Both the position numbers and the translations under genes were made by a program. Below, piece by piece: positions 1-13,296 of a DNA stretch of 64,000 bases (the first letter of the stretch is position 1; every line of letters starts with the position of its first letter). Source of the stretch: Dendrobates tinctorius (lineage: Eukaryota); the NCBI RefSeq assembly GCF_039654945.1, contig NW_027361696.1, positions 50,034,001 to 50,098,000 of the forward strand, read 5' to 3'. The notes under the pieces were generated by a model. The model was not told the DNA's origin. It did not search any database and saw nothing but the letters and a program-made list of their open reading frames with translations.

Positions 1-1803
1 GGCCAGAAGGTTGAACATCTTACTTCTTCCTGCTATTGGAGAACCAACTAGCCATGGGAGCTTTTCTGTCAGGATAGTGATGGATTGGTATTAACCTGTT
101 CATTTTTGCTAGGAGTCATCAACTTCTCTTTTCCCTGCACTAGGATAGACCTTGTACATAGAGGGTAGTCTAAAAGTGACATGCAGTCTGATGCATGTGC
201 ATTCATTAAATTATGCGACACTATATTAGCCAACCTTTATTCTTTTTTTTTGTTTGTTTTTTAAATCTCTTAAAATAGGAGGCTTCCATGGTGTCACCAA
301 AAACATTTGAAGCAGTAAATACTTAAAGAGTTATTACAGAAAAAAGTTAAGTTATCCCCCATCCAAATAATAGGGGCTAGCATGCTGATTTCTGGGACCC
401 TCAGCGATCCTGAGATTGGGGCTCTGCAGCCCTGACTTGAATGTAAGCATAGGTGTGAATGTTTCACCTTGGCGCCATTCCGTAAGTCTCATCTGTACTG
501 TTGGCATCTGAGATACTACTGAGGTTCTGAGTACCAGCAATGCATGGACAGCGAGAGTAGCAAGGAAGCATGTGGACAAGAGCCACATTGTCAAGGGCCG
601 TTTACATATTTGGCGATTTCAGCCTCCTGGATAGGAAGTCTTGGCTCCTTAAAAACTAAGTAATTTCTTGGTGTTTCTCACAATAAACTTAACCACTGAT
701 TATTTGGTTTACTCAAAAGAAAGAGGTCCCCATAGCAAAGATCAAACATGACTTGGCATAGAAGGTCGTGGCCTTTGTTTACCTTATCCATGAACCTTGG
801 GCCAATTTTGCACCCCTTGTTTGCTAAAGATTAAGTTCCTATGAAGAGCGGAGTCCCTGACAAGTTCTTGTCGAAGGGAATGTGACCAACCGAGACAAAG
901 AGAAGGCTCTCTTTTCCCAAGGCTATCTCTATGGTACATATGCCTTTAGAGAAGACATTATTGACTGATTGGTGGTGAGCAATCTATTTTATCTGGACCT
1001 CGGAAGTGGCATTGTTTGGTGACCCATAAGTAGGACCTGGGGGAGATATTTAGACAGTATATCATCAATGTTTATGGTGGGTCTGAATCCTTCTAAGCTT
1101 CATTGCTAAAGTCTAATCCCATTAACATACTTAGATGACAGAACATTAAGATCTTCACATTTTGCGTCGTTAAGAAGCGGCTAAGTCTGAAATCAACTAT
1201 TTACAGTAAATCTGCCGAGATATAAAGCTGGTGAGCGCGGCGGAGATCAAGCTGAATAAATAACAATAAGCCGGCAGACGAGAACAAATCCACAAAGAAA
1301 TAAAAAAGCAAATAAGCTAAATAAAAGCAAAGACGAGACAGATTCTCGCATAAACACAATATGATATTCATTTATTGACTGCTTGCGAAAAGGTTACCGC
1401 CATTCCTATGATACGAGTGATGTATGCACTGCAACTACAAGGGCGGCGTAATCGTTCATAAACATCAACGATCCCGGCGTCGGTATTTCAGAATGATAAC
1501 GTCGCCGCTAGATTGTGCTTTACACTGCGGAAATATGAATGCAATTGTAGGCGAATAGGATTCATTTTAAATAATACCTAATGGCGATGGAAAGCGATTC
1601 ACTTGTCTGAACGGTATTAAATTACATAATGGGAGGATTTTTCCAAACGGTGAATTAAAAGAAATGAATGAAATAATTCACGGCCGATCTGTGTGTGTGT
1701 GTTTGAGTGCGCACGGAGGCAATGTAAAAAGGAAATCCAGTAATACTTACTGCTGTATATCCATGTTGGGGCCAGTAGAGATGTTATCAGGTGCAATGTG
1801 TTA

Positions 1804-2125
1804 GGCTGGGTTCACATAACGTTATGGCAGTCCGCTAAACGGATTGCGTTACACTGCGGCATGAACGCGATGTAACACATCCGTTAACGTCATAGACTGG
1901 CATAATGTGGCGCATCGCTAGCGCATGTCAAAATTGGCATGCGTTAGTGATCTGCCGTCATCCTGTGACGGACCCTCGGACGCGGTCTGCAGCATTCGTG
2001 GGTCCGTCACATCTAGCGCACATAGAGAAGCTGCGCTAACGCGATCACAATATGACAGTAGCGTTAACATAGTCCGTCAACGCTATGCGTTGAACGGACT
2101 GCATTAACACTATGTGAACCTGGCC
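1804..2125. mobile_element. PIF/Harbinger-type MITE
   Basis: Terminal inverted repeats GGCTGGGTTCACATA...TATGTGAACCTGGCC, flanked by TTA/TTA 3-bp duplication (1801-03, 2126-28); internally palindromic. Confidence 0.8.
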
Positions 2126-2308
2126 TTACCAGCATATGGATGTAGCCAGGCCCTGGGCCTTTGATTGTCTAGCCTCCCCTAGTGTGCTAGCCAATTTCTA
2201 ATTTATCCCAAATTAGTTCCCACAATCCCTCTCACCTGATCCTCTTCTCAGTCCTATATATTTAGTAGCATCCCAAGGGGTGCACGAGTGTGGGGTCTGG
2301 CAGCATAA

Positions 2309-2524
2309 GAGCTCATACTCACTTGCGAGAGACTCGCACGATTCTCATGCGAGTCTCTCACATGAAAACCTTGCACTGCCGCCAGCACTGGGACCTGAGC
2401 ATGTGGCTGCATAGAAATACATGTAGCCACACGCTCCGGTCCAAATGCCGGCAGCAGTGCCAGGTTTCCATGCGAGAGACTCGCACGAGAATCATGCGAG
2501 TCTCTCGCAAGTGAGTATGAGCCC
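2309..2524. mobile_element. PIF/Harbinger-type palindromic MITE
   Basis: Long inverted arms (GCTCATACTCACTTGCGAGAGACTCGCA...TGCGAGTCTCTCGCAAGTGAGTATGAGC); TAA/TAA duplication. A related copy lies at 18171..18350. Confidence 0.8.
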
Positions 2525-2639
2525 TAAGTATCACTGCAGCAAAACTATCTTGAAGCTGCAGTTATTTCAATGGCAGTTAGTCACGGCAGGAGTCAGGACC
2601 CCACACTATGTACTTGTCTCTTTTGGGTATGTCTGCTAA

Positions 2640-5600
2640 GTAAGCACTTACTACTTGGATCTAGCTTTTCTATTAACCCTCTTACTCCTTCACCATGTTT
2701 ACATATGCCCTCACAGTGTTTGCTCCATTAATCCTCACTCTCCTTCGCTATCCCCAAACACCAGCACCCTCTAACCAAATAATCATCTCCCCTTCCCTCT
2801 TTCCTCCCCACCTGACCTCCTCTGCTGACCTGCTCCTCAACCTCAAATCTGTCCTAATGAAACATAAAACAAGCCGCCCACTCTCCTCCCATCTGCTCTC
2901 CCTTTCTCTGCTTCTCCTCACTGCTGGCGACATATCTCCCAATCCTTGACCTCTATAGCTCATACCCCCATTACTACTCCTTCCTATCTAATAAGAACTA
3001 CCGCCATTTTTCCAACGTAAAACCCGTACCATTGACACCCACCCCCCTACTCCCTCTCTCTGGAGCACTTTGGAATGCCCGCTCCATCTGCAATAAGCTT
3101 CATGTGATTCATGACCTCTTTCTCTCTCGCAATCTTGCCTTTCTCGGCCTCACAGAAACCTGGCTGACACCCTCTGACACCGCCTCCCCTGCTGCACTGT
3201 ATTACGGAAGCCTCCACTTCACCCACACTCATCGCCCTGGCAACAGACAAGGTGGAGGAGTGGGTCTTCTTTCTTCCAACTGCACCTTCAAACCAATCCC
3301 ACCTCTTCCCTCCCTAATCCTCCCCTCTTTTGAAGTCAACTCTGTCCACATCTACTCTCCCTCCAACCTCCAAGTGGCCGTCATATACCGACCTCCAGGC
3401 CCGACCACTGCCTTCACTGACCAATTCTCTACCTGGCTTCTTCACTTTTTTTCAGCTGACATCCCCACTATCATCATGGGTGACTTCAACACCCCACTGA
3501 TACCCTTCAGTCAGCAGCCTCCAAACTCTTATCCCTTACTTCATCCTTTGGACTTAGTCAGTGGTCCTCCTCAGCCACCCACACAGATGGACATACATTA
3601 GACCTGGTCTTCACCCACCTCTGCTCTCTTTCTAACTTCACCACCTCCCCTCTCCCTCTATCCGACCACCATCTATTCACTTTCTCATCCCTGTCCCCCT
3701 CTCCTGTCACACATGTCCAGCAACATGCGCACCCCCGCAGAAACCTTGCACATCTAGACACCCACACGCTCTGTGACCCTATTCTACCACTGGCATCCAT
3801 ATCCTCACTCCACGACACAGACAGTGCCACTGCTTTCTACAATGCCACTCTCGCATCAGCCATTGACATGGTTGCCCATCTCGTTTATGGCAGAATGCAA
3901 CAAACCAACAGACAACCCTGGCACAATAACACCACTAAAAAGCTCCGGCAAGTGTCCAGGATTGCAGAGCGGCGTTGGAAGAAAACAAATTCACAAGACG
4001 ACTTCACTGCATTCAAACAGGCAACACTCACTTTCAAATCTGCCCTCAACTCTGCTAAACAGGCCTACTTCACAACCCTTGTATCTTCCCTTTCCTACAA
4101 CCCCAAGCAGTTATTCAAAACTTTTAACTCCCTCCACCGCAGACCACTGCCCCCTCCAACCTCCCTCATCTCTGCTGAGGACTTTGGTCGATCTTATTTT
4201 TGAAGTGTGTGGCAAACAAGGCAAGTCTTCATTGTTCAACCACCACAACCCCTTTGTATACCAGACCAATGCTCAAACCACATAACCTCCCTCTCCAACA
4301 TCACTGAAGGGGAGCTTGATTGTCTCCTCTCCAAATAGCACCTCACAACCTGTGCACTCGACCCCATTGCATCCCACCTCCTCCCCAACCTCACCACCAC
4401 ACTTATCCCATCTGTAACCTACCTCTTCAACCTATCACTAACTTCCAGTACCTTCCCTTCTGCTTTTAAACATGCCACAATAATGCCTATTCTTAAAAAG
4501 CCAACCCTCGACCCAACCGCTATGTCCAGCTATCGCCCAATATCGCTGCTCCCATTCGCTTCCAAACTCCTGGAGCTGCACCTCCATGCTGAACTTTCTT
4601 CCCACCTCTCATCTAAAGCCCCTTCTCACATAGCGAGATCGCCAGCGATCTCGCTAAAGCGTCACCGATTTTGTGACGCAACAGCGATCTCGCTAGCGAT
4701 CTCGCTACATGTGACACGTACCTGCGACCGCCCCCCCCCCGCTGGATATCGCTGATCACGCTCGAAGGTCCTGGGCCATTTCTTCCTCGTTGGCGTCCCC
4801 CTGGCACCAACTAGCGACGCATGGATGCAGGCGGAAGTCATCATTGCTGCCGTGTGACAGGTAAGAGCGACCGCCGTTGGATCTCTTATGCTGCTGCGTC
4901 GCTGGTGAGATCTACCTGTTTGTCAGCTCACTAGCGACCATTTAGCGATGCACCAGTGATCCTGACCGGGTCGTATCGTTGTCGGGATCGCTGTTGCATC
5001 ACTAAATGTAACGGGACCCTAACTTGCTCTTTGGAGATTGTCAATCTGGTTTCTACCCCCATCACTCCACTGAGACAGCCCTGACCAAAATTACTAACGA
5101 CCTACTTACAGCCAAAGCAAAAAGACATTACTCTATAGTCCTGCTTCTAGACCTGTCCTCTGCTTTTGGCACAGGACCACTACCTCCTACTATAGATCCT
5201 CTCCTCCTTTGGCATCAAAGACCTCGCCCTTTCCTGAATCTCCTCATACCTTTCCAACTGCACAGTCAGCGTCTCCCACTCCCACACTACCTCATCATCC
5301 CACCCTCTCTCTGTTGGAGTCCCCCAAAGCTCTGTTCTAGGACCCCTACTCTTCTCAATCTATACACTTGGCCTGGGGCAACTCAAAGTCCTACGGATTC
5401 CAGTACTACCTTTATGCTGATGACACTCAAATCTACCTCTCTGGCCAAGACATCACCTCTCTGCTGTCCAGAATCCTGGAGTGTATATCAGCCATATCCT
5501 CCTTCTCCTCTCGCTTCCTCAAGCTCAGTGTGGACAAATCTGAACTCATCATCTTTCCTTCATCTCACAGATCTTCCTTACCGATCTATCACAATTAACG

Positions 5601-6485
5601 ACATCACGCTTTCCCCCATACCGGAAGTCCGCTGCCTCGGAGTAACCTTTGACTCTGCCCTGTCCTTCAAACCGCACATCCAAGCTCTTTCTACCTCCTG
5701 TCGCCTCCAGCTCAAAAATATTTCCAGAATCTGTCCTTTTGTCAACCCTCATTCTACTAAAATGCTTGTGCATGCCCTCATCATCTCCCACCTCGACCAC
5801 TGCAACATCCTTTTCTGTGGCCTCCCTGCTAACACCCTCGCACCTCTCCAGTTCATCCTTAACTCTGCTGCCCGACTAATTCATCGCTATTCCTCCGCTT
5901 CTCCCCTCTGCAAATCTCTTCACTGGCTCCCATTCCCTCAGTGTATCCAGTTCAAATTACTAATACTGACCTACAAGGCCATCTATAACTTGTCTCCCCC
6001 ATATGTCTCTGAACTAATCTCCCGATACCTTCCCTCACCTAATCTCCGGTCCTCCCAAGACCTCCTTCTCTCCTCCACACTTAGTCGCTCCTCACCCAAC
6101 CGCCTCCAAGACTTCTTCTGAATATCCCCCATCCTCTGGAATTCTTTGCCCCAACATGTCCGAATATCAACTACATTTGGATCCTTCAGACGGAACCTGA
6201 AAACCCACCTCTTCAAGAAAGCTTACAGCCTGCAATGACACCGCTACATCCTCACCACTACCGGAGATGCAGCCTCAACCAACACTAGAACTGCTGCAAC
6301 CCACCAACGTACTGTCTTCTTCCCCACCATCCTGTAGAAAGCCCAAAAGGGCATAGTCCTCTCCCCTCTGTATCAGTCTGTCATTGTAAGTTTGTTTACT
6401 GTAAGTGATATCTGTAATTTGTATGTAACCCCTTCTCATGTACAGCACCATGGAATCAATGGTGCTATATAAATAAATAATAATG
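2640..6485 (+). mobile_element. L2 (CR1-group) LINE, near full-length ORF2, inactivated by frameshifts/stops and a MITE insertion
   Basis: APE endonuclease motifs WNARS, GLTETWL, IYRPP, MGDFN (ORF 3032..3601); RT motifs [30 protein letters not shown]; L2 C-terminal LHWLP; ends ATAAATAAATAATAAT tail at about 6470-6484. The 5' boundary is approximate. Confidence 0.92.
4617..5019. mobile_element. Harbinger-type MITE inserted in L2 RT
   Basis: TAA duplication (4614-16, 5020-22). The empty site CTCTCATCTAACT is visible in the second L2 copy near 58046. A reverse-orientation relative lies at 30432..30809. Confidence 0.85.
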
Positions 6486-9163
6486 TTTATGATTAGAATA
6501 ATCCATTATCGGTTCTTTCAATTTTCTTATTGACATCCGAAGCACTTACCCTAATATTCATAGGTGACGGCAGTGTGTAAGGCTGATGGGTGGCACCACT
6601 TGTGTCTCAGCGATTGTGGAAATTTAGGGTAATCACTCTTGCAAAATAGAAGGGGGGATTAGAGTATGGATCCCATTGGCGGAATTGGGGATGGTGCTTG
6701 GCTGTTTTGGTAACTCCCAATTACGTCTCCGAGGCTAAGGTTTATCCAAAGTCTCTGTCCCACTACTGCTACCTTAATGTGGTGTCAATTTGCCCAGGTA
6801 AACGTCGAGGATTATGTCCAGTATAGCTAAAGGGGAATTGTCTTTTAAGGTTAAGCTACAGATTAGCAAAACATTCGAAATACTCTAGTCCGGTGGGCGA
6901 TTTGTCCTTCATGGCAGCAACTCCAGGACTTTCATGCCCACAATCCTCTGCCCGGCATCCAGGGTTCCTTTATCGCTTATTTGGCCTTACATAATGTCAT
7001 AATTTGGTGGGCGGCCTAATAAGCATCAGAAACACTCAGAATGCCAGGCAGAGGATTACCGGATCAGAAATCAACAGTGCCCTAATCCAGTTGCCACAGA
7101 TGACTAAAAGGCATGACGAGGTAGCAGAGTTTTGGTAATTTCTAGATTAAACCTTTTTGGCTCCGGTTCCTATTCATTTAGATTGCTTATCGTCCTTGTT
7201 CCTAAATTCTGGACAATCATGTATTGTTCCCTGGTGATACTCTAGGTCCTGACACTCTAAACTTCATTTCTGTCTGACACCTTGACTCTTCATCTGACGA
7301 CAATCACTTCAAAAATTTGAGTCTATTCTGGGGATTACAATCTGGGAATCCTCTGGTAGAACTTCTCAACGGGGTTAAGGGTTAAGTACAGAGGAAGTTT
7401 TACACTCCTCATCCAGTCTAGCCTGAATAGTGGTTTGTTTTCCATGTCAAAAAAAGGATTGGGAGTAGAAATTCAACATGTCCCATACAGATTATACCAG
7501 AGGAGATTTGAGATGCCCTCATACACATAGCCAACCAAATTCTATCAAAAATTGCAGGTTCGGCCAACCTTGCTCTTAAAAATAAGCTCCTAGGAAACTA
7601 CTTCCTGTCAGCCATATTATCTCGGTCACCAATGGAGCCCACAAATCAGTGTCTTTATGCCTGTACAAAGTGACCATGTTGGCAAATGTAAAAATAATAA
7701 AAGGGTTATCCAAAGTGGTCATTTGCGTCAGCAATATGGAGCTCAGTCACCAATGGTGCCCACAAATCTGTCTTTATGACTGTACAAAATGACCATGTTG
7801 ACAAATGTGAAAAGGGTCATCCAAAAGCATTCATTTGCTTTACTACTCCAAGCATTTCTGAAGGCGCTTATTTATCCAGTACCCAAACCTGCCCCCATAT
7901 CCTCCTAAACAGCTCAATTTTGCAAATAGCCTGCCCTCTTACGGCCATGGTGTCTTTGGAAATCCAGGATAGCTATTGGCAACTTGGAGTGGTGATGTCA
8001 ACTTTATGGCACGCAACCATTGTGGCAATCGGTTACGTAAATACAGCATGTTCACAAAGACCAGAGAGGTTCCCAAAGATTAGCCTGTTTTTTTGGAACG
8101 GTCTATAACACATAAAGGGTCCCAATCTGATATTTCTCTCGGTTTTCCACCCCTTTGCAGTCGGAGAGATGAAACTCTCCGCAATCTACAAGACGCTATT
8201 TATGGCATCCTGTTTTCTGTAATTAGATGACACCACTCCTTCCCAATTGCAGTTCCTTTGCAGCCCACTAGGTGATCGAGTAAATTAAAGGTGAACGGTG
8301 CTGACAACAGTGAGAAACAACCAAAACTCAGACTTCGTTCCATGTTCTTTTATTTTACAAGATCAGATAAATTAAAACAGTTGCTTGCAGACATGCAGTT
8401 AGAATTTCCCAACAGAAAGCTGCTGTAGGACAAAGGCTCGACCACCCAATTTCACCGTCTCAGCGGAAACAGCAGGTGGCGCTGGACGTCACAAATATAG
8501 CGCAAGTCATAAGCTGCATTTTTAATTAATTAGCGGATACTATACTTCCATCCATTTAATGAAGTGCATTTCTATTACCATTTTAATTACTTTGTACATT
8601 TGGGATCTCGGCTACTCGGCATAGAGCTGCGGTATATGGCAACAAATTCCATGTAGTATAATACATTAATAATTATGGCTACGTGGCTTCTCTCCGGTCC
8701 TGCGGATGCAATGTAATAAAGCAAGCCTCGTCATGAAGGTGCCCGATTATTAACAGATTATAAACCATGAGAACAAGTTTCGCAAATCCATACAAAGGCG
8801 ATGAGCGAGGTCTGGCGATATAGTGAATGTATTGGACATTATATAGGGAGGGTCATTGGACGGTATAGCGGCTGATCATGGTGCCCATAAGGTAACCATA
8901 TAGATTATATAGGGGGGTGTATAGACAAAAATCCGCTGCATATTACAAATCAATGTTAAGTTTGGTCAAAGAAAACCTAAAAGTGCTTAAACAATATGGA
9001 CACCTTTGTGCATTTTTTTTACTTAAATGCAAGTATTTTAGGCTAAAAATAATTTTTGCAAATAAATTTCATTACAAATTTTGCACCATTTGGTTTTTAC
9101 AGAATCATAAATTTGTTGAACAATCCTGGTTGCAGAATGAGTTAACTGAGAATCTGTTAGGGA

Positions 9164-9723
9164 TAGGGGCATAATGCTCGTGTTCACAAAGGATGCAACC
9201 GCAACAAGGCCAGTACAGGTGGGGGGGCTCGCCAACACCAGCACCAATTTCACCTGGATCCAGCTGATATGTTGCGGTACAGAGACACACTGCCGGCCAG
9301 TCAACCATGACGGGCCGCAAATGGCACTGATGACACCACACATTGTGGGAGCAGAGCACAGTAAGAATAATTGTTTGCTTCTTTATAAGATGTGCTGGAG
9401 AAGACAGGCAGGGTCCAGGATGGGGGCATTATACCAGGGAGAGGCCCATGATGGGAGACATTGTGAGTGGGGCCCAGATGAGGGGCATTATTACTTGAAG
9501 TTACCCAGGATGGAGAGCATTATTATAAGTAGGGGCCTAGGGTGGAGGACATTATTCCTGGGAAGGATACTAAGACTAGGGAAATTATTACATGGGGGAG
9601 CAAACTCTCATGTCTTTATAGGGTCTAGAACACTACAAAAGCCCATACATCTGACCAACATGCAGGCGGGGGCTGAGGTCCAAATTTTGCATCGGGGTCC
9701 ATCGGACTCTAGTTAAACCACTG
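9164..9723. mobile_element. hAT-type non-autonomous element
   Basis: Perfect 8-bp duplication GTTAGGGA (9156-63, 9724-31); degenerate TIR TAGGGGCATAA / CAGTGGTTTAA. Confidence 0.7.
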
Positions 9724-9940
9724 GTTAGGGAATCTGAATATTTTTTTATCGTTCCCCTCCCGAGCTCCTTTTTACTGATTTAGGACGGCATCAAAGTTCA
9801 GCGCAACCTTGATGTGGCCAGTGGTCATAAATCAGCACAACACAGATAGAAGAGCTACAAACCCTCCTGTCGGAACAGCTAGATGGTGGATTCTCTGTGA
9901 TGTTATTCAAAGAAACAAAGAACCTTCAAAAGCCAATATT

Positions 9941-9946
9941 TTTAAT
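9941..9946 (-). terminator. Candidate poly(A) signal (ATTAAA) of the irgq orthologue
   Basis: ATTAAA on the minus strand about 910 nt past the stop, followed by a U/GU-rich tract. An alternative AATAAA lies at 8349-54. Confidence 0.3.
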
Positions 9947-10856
9947 GAAACCCAATTGTAAAAAAAAAAAAAAATGCACAAAATACATGCATTTAAAAAA
10001 AAAAAAAAATGCCAAAAAGTGTATGCATCCTGGTTCCAGATTTCACAATGCAAGCTGCCCACATTATTAACTAGATCTCTGATAATGCTGGCATACTTAA
10101 ATACTTACTTGGAAAATCTGTCAGAATGATTGTATAATTTTCTTGACATTAAGCTCTGGCTTGGCTTATGAATGCTCATCTTAATATCAAACAAGAACAC
10201 TTAAAAATAAAAGGAATAAACAAACATTCTAAATTTGATCCCAAAGTAAGTACACCAGTCTCATCAGGTCCAAAATGTATGCAGTTTATATTATAAAATC
10301 TGATGTCAGATCCGCTTTAATTTAACAAAATTAGGCTCCTCGTGAAATACTATATACTGGTTAGAAAGATGAAGGAATAGATAAAAGAAAACCTCTCATA
10401 TCTGTGGGCAGTATTTTATAGAGCAGGAGACGTTGAGCAGATCAATATATAGTTTAGTGGGAAAATATTTAGTATAAGTTGCATTTTGTTCCACAAAAGT
10501 GAGGAGTCCAGTAGGCGGTTCTGCTTAGTTTTTAAACAGTCACAGAGGATCACTGATTAGGACCACCCACTGGACTCCCAAGCATAAAAAGAGCAGGTAT
10601 TTAAAGGGATAGATACCAAGTCATACTAAATTTTTCCCCACAAAATTATATATCAATCTGCTCAGCTCCTCCTGCAGATCGGACACCATGATCAATGTGA
10701 CAGGTTCCCTGGTCATCTTGCGCCTTTCATCTCACAATATCGTGACACACTACAACCTACATCTATCAGAGCTGCACCTGTGACATTATGAGAAGAAGTG
10801 AGCAGCAGTATTTATCATATGCTGTAGCAATAAGCACCATCACAGTAACTTCGGGT

Positions 10857-11970
10857 CTAAGCAGGTGACTGTGCTCTTGATAGTACTCTCTGGGCATCCA
10901 CCGCCATAGCCTCTAAACATCGGCTCAGCACCAGGTAGCTAGCATGAAAAGCGATCCCTCCAGTGGCTAAGGGACCTAGAAGAGGAAATTTATGCAAAAA
11001 AACTCCTGCCACTTCCAACCCAATTCCTGTAGCTGAACCTAATAATTTCTGAACGAGCTCACGCGTCACTCCCTTTCCTGCAGGACTCTGGATCTCTAAC
11101 ATGAACTTTGGAACCGGCACCCCTGACTTATGGGAAAGGTTGGCCAGCGAATCACCATCCAGACCCAGTTCTTGGCGATAAGTGTCCAGACGGGCAGTGA
11201 GCAAGGATACATCGCATGCAATGGCAACTCCAGGGATAGGAACGCTAGCCACCAAGCTGGAGAGAAGTGCCACCTTCCAGACTTCTTGAGAAAGTGCTTC
11301 CTTTTTCTTCTCAATGACTTCAGCTGACAGATTTGGGAGAGAGAGCATGAACGCTCGCAATTTGTGACTGGGCAGATTCTTCTCCAGATAACCCAATAAT
11401 CTATGAAATTCTGGCCCTGGTAGTTTAGCTGGAGATAGTACAAAAACTTCGTTTTCTCTTGGTTCTGGTGGCATCTCATCATCTTCACAATCTTGGATGA
11501 AGACGTTCTTCTTCCCTTCCTTCTTTAGCTCGAGAACAAGAGACCTGTAACTACTGGAAGCCTCCTGCCATGGTGTGAGGAACAGCAGAGTGAAGTCGTA
11601 TCGACTCATGTGAACGCTCTCCAGATACTTTTTTGGCTGAGACTCAAGACTTTCCATTCCAGGAAGATCCCACAAGCTGGCTTTGGGATATTTAAGACTG
11701 GCATACTCAATTGGGTTTTCTGGATTTCCACCGTGAGCCGAACCATCCTCTCCATCCTTCAGGCCACGAAAGGAATTCAAGATAGAGTGACGGAAGCCGG
11801 GGTTGCCCCCCATTAACGCCAGATCAAAACGGGTGTCCAAAAGGGAGTCCAAACTGCTCTGGATAAATCTGACCATCTCGGAGATCCCTCCTCGTTCTAG
11901 TGCAGACTGTAGTTCAGCTATTTCTTCATAGCCGATCACTTCATAACCCTGCTGTGCAAGACACAAGGCT
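10857..11970 (-). CDS. irgq: Immunity-related GTPase Q (IRGQ) orthologue, last coding exon (LIR1, second degenerate IRG G-domain, C-terminal helical domain)
   Basis: Acceptor ttcttttcctacAG|A at 11971-72, phase 2, joins the upstream exon in frame (1761 nt total, 586 aa). Segments AQQGYEVIGYEEIAEL..GGISE, LWDLPG, WKVALLSSLVASVPIPGVAIACDVSLL and ATGGIAFHASYLVL..AMAVDAQRVL align by eye with recalled human IRGQ (AQDGFEVLG, WRPALLASL..PLPGLGWACDVALL, ATGGLGY..MRADAEAVL). Confidence 0.9.
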
Positions 11971-13296
11971 CTGTAGGAAAAGAACATGACATGATAAACT
12001 AAGACACCAGATGTGTGTTTCTGCTCATTGTAGTTCCTGTTACAGTATTGTTTCTACACTGTACCAACTAATGGATGTCATCTCCATAAGGCAGAAATCA
12101 CATATCCACAATTGGATTCAAGGGGAATTGGACATACCGTACAAGGGACAGATTTATATTTCTGTAGGATAAACTTCAGGTTTGGGCTAAAACAGCTGCA
12201 TCAAAAACTGGTCTTGTGATTTCAGCCCTGTAGGGGTATTCTCAAGTTTGGAAGTTATCCTTTATCTGTAGAAAAGAGGATATCTTCATGATCGCTGAGA
12301 TCCCAAGTGATCAAGAGACCCAGTGCTCTGAAGTACCCAGTGTGAGAATAGAGCAGTGGTCGATCATGAGCATCCATTATTAATAGGACCAACGGAAATA
12401 GCCGAGAGCTGCGGGCAGCTGATCTTTGGCAGTGGGCATGATCGACCACTGTTCCGTTCACATGGGATACTTTAGAGCCCTGGTTCTGAAATGAAGGGAA
12501 GTTATGGATAGGGGATAACTTGGGAATAAAGAGCAACAATTTTTATTTTTTTTTTTAATATGCTCTCCCTTCATTACACATCATTTAGCCCTGCAAACCT
12601 CCTCCTATCTGCCAGCATCCACCGCATCTCTTCTGATTAGAAAGCGCAGCGTGATGTCATGTGAGAGTTGTGCTGCAGGACCTACTAATCAGAAGAGGCT
12701 CCAAGAATACAGCAGATATGAGGAGGTTCGCAGAGCTCTGGTCCACCAGACACAGACTTCCAGAAAATAATTTTTGCTCCTCTCTTCTAAACACAGATAT
12801 AAAAACAAAAAAAAATGACAAAAAAATTCCATCCATTCCTCCCCTACTAGCCTTCATATCTTTGATATTTTTTGTCTCATTTTACAAACAAAAATGAGAA
12901 ATCTAGAAATAAAATGTTCTCTGTGTGTCAAAGGAACTCAGTCATGCCCCCCGTTATCCTCCAGTTATGTGTGTGACTGTAATGAAGCTGGCTCCACTAG
13001 GAGAGGAAATGGTAAAGCCTCTCCCCCTGTTAAAGCCAGTTACTATCCAAGACAGTAAATGAGTAAATGATGAAAAAGTGGCAAGAGCATCCAAAATGGA
13101 AAGTGCCAAGTCTGCCAATAAATGAGCTCAGCGTTGCATACAATAACAGACACAAGGAGCAGTATCAGAGACTCGGCGCTCCCCTTACCAAAGTTTTTTT
13201 TCTCATGTTTTCCCATTTGAGTTTTCTATAGAGGTTTCCATTAAACCGCGGTCTACTCCTACATTGTTTGTGCTCAAAGGCCAAGTTTCTACCCAC

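Noticed and set aside
1-1780. Possible decayed LINE, or exon of a neighbouring gene (minus-strand CA|GTAAGT near 1750)
   Set aside because: No recognisable motifs or matching acceptor; cannot be supported by eye.
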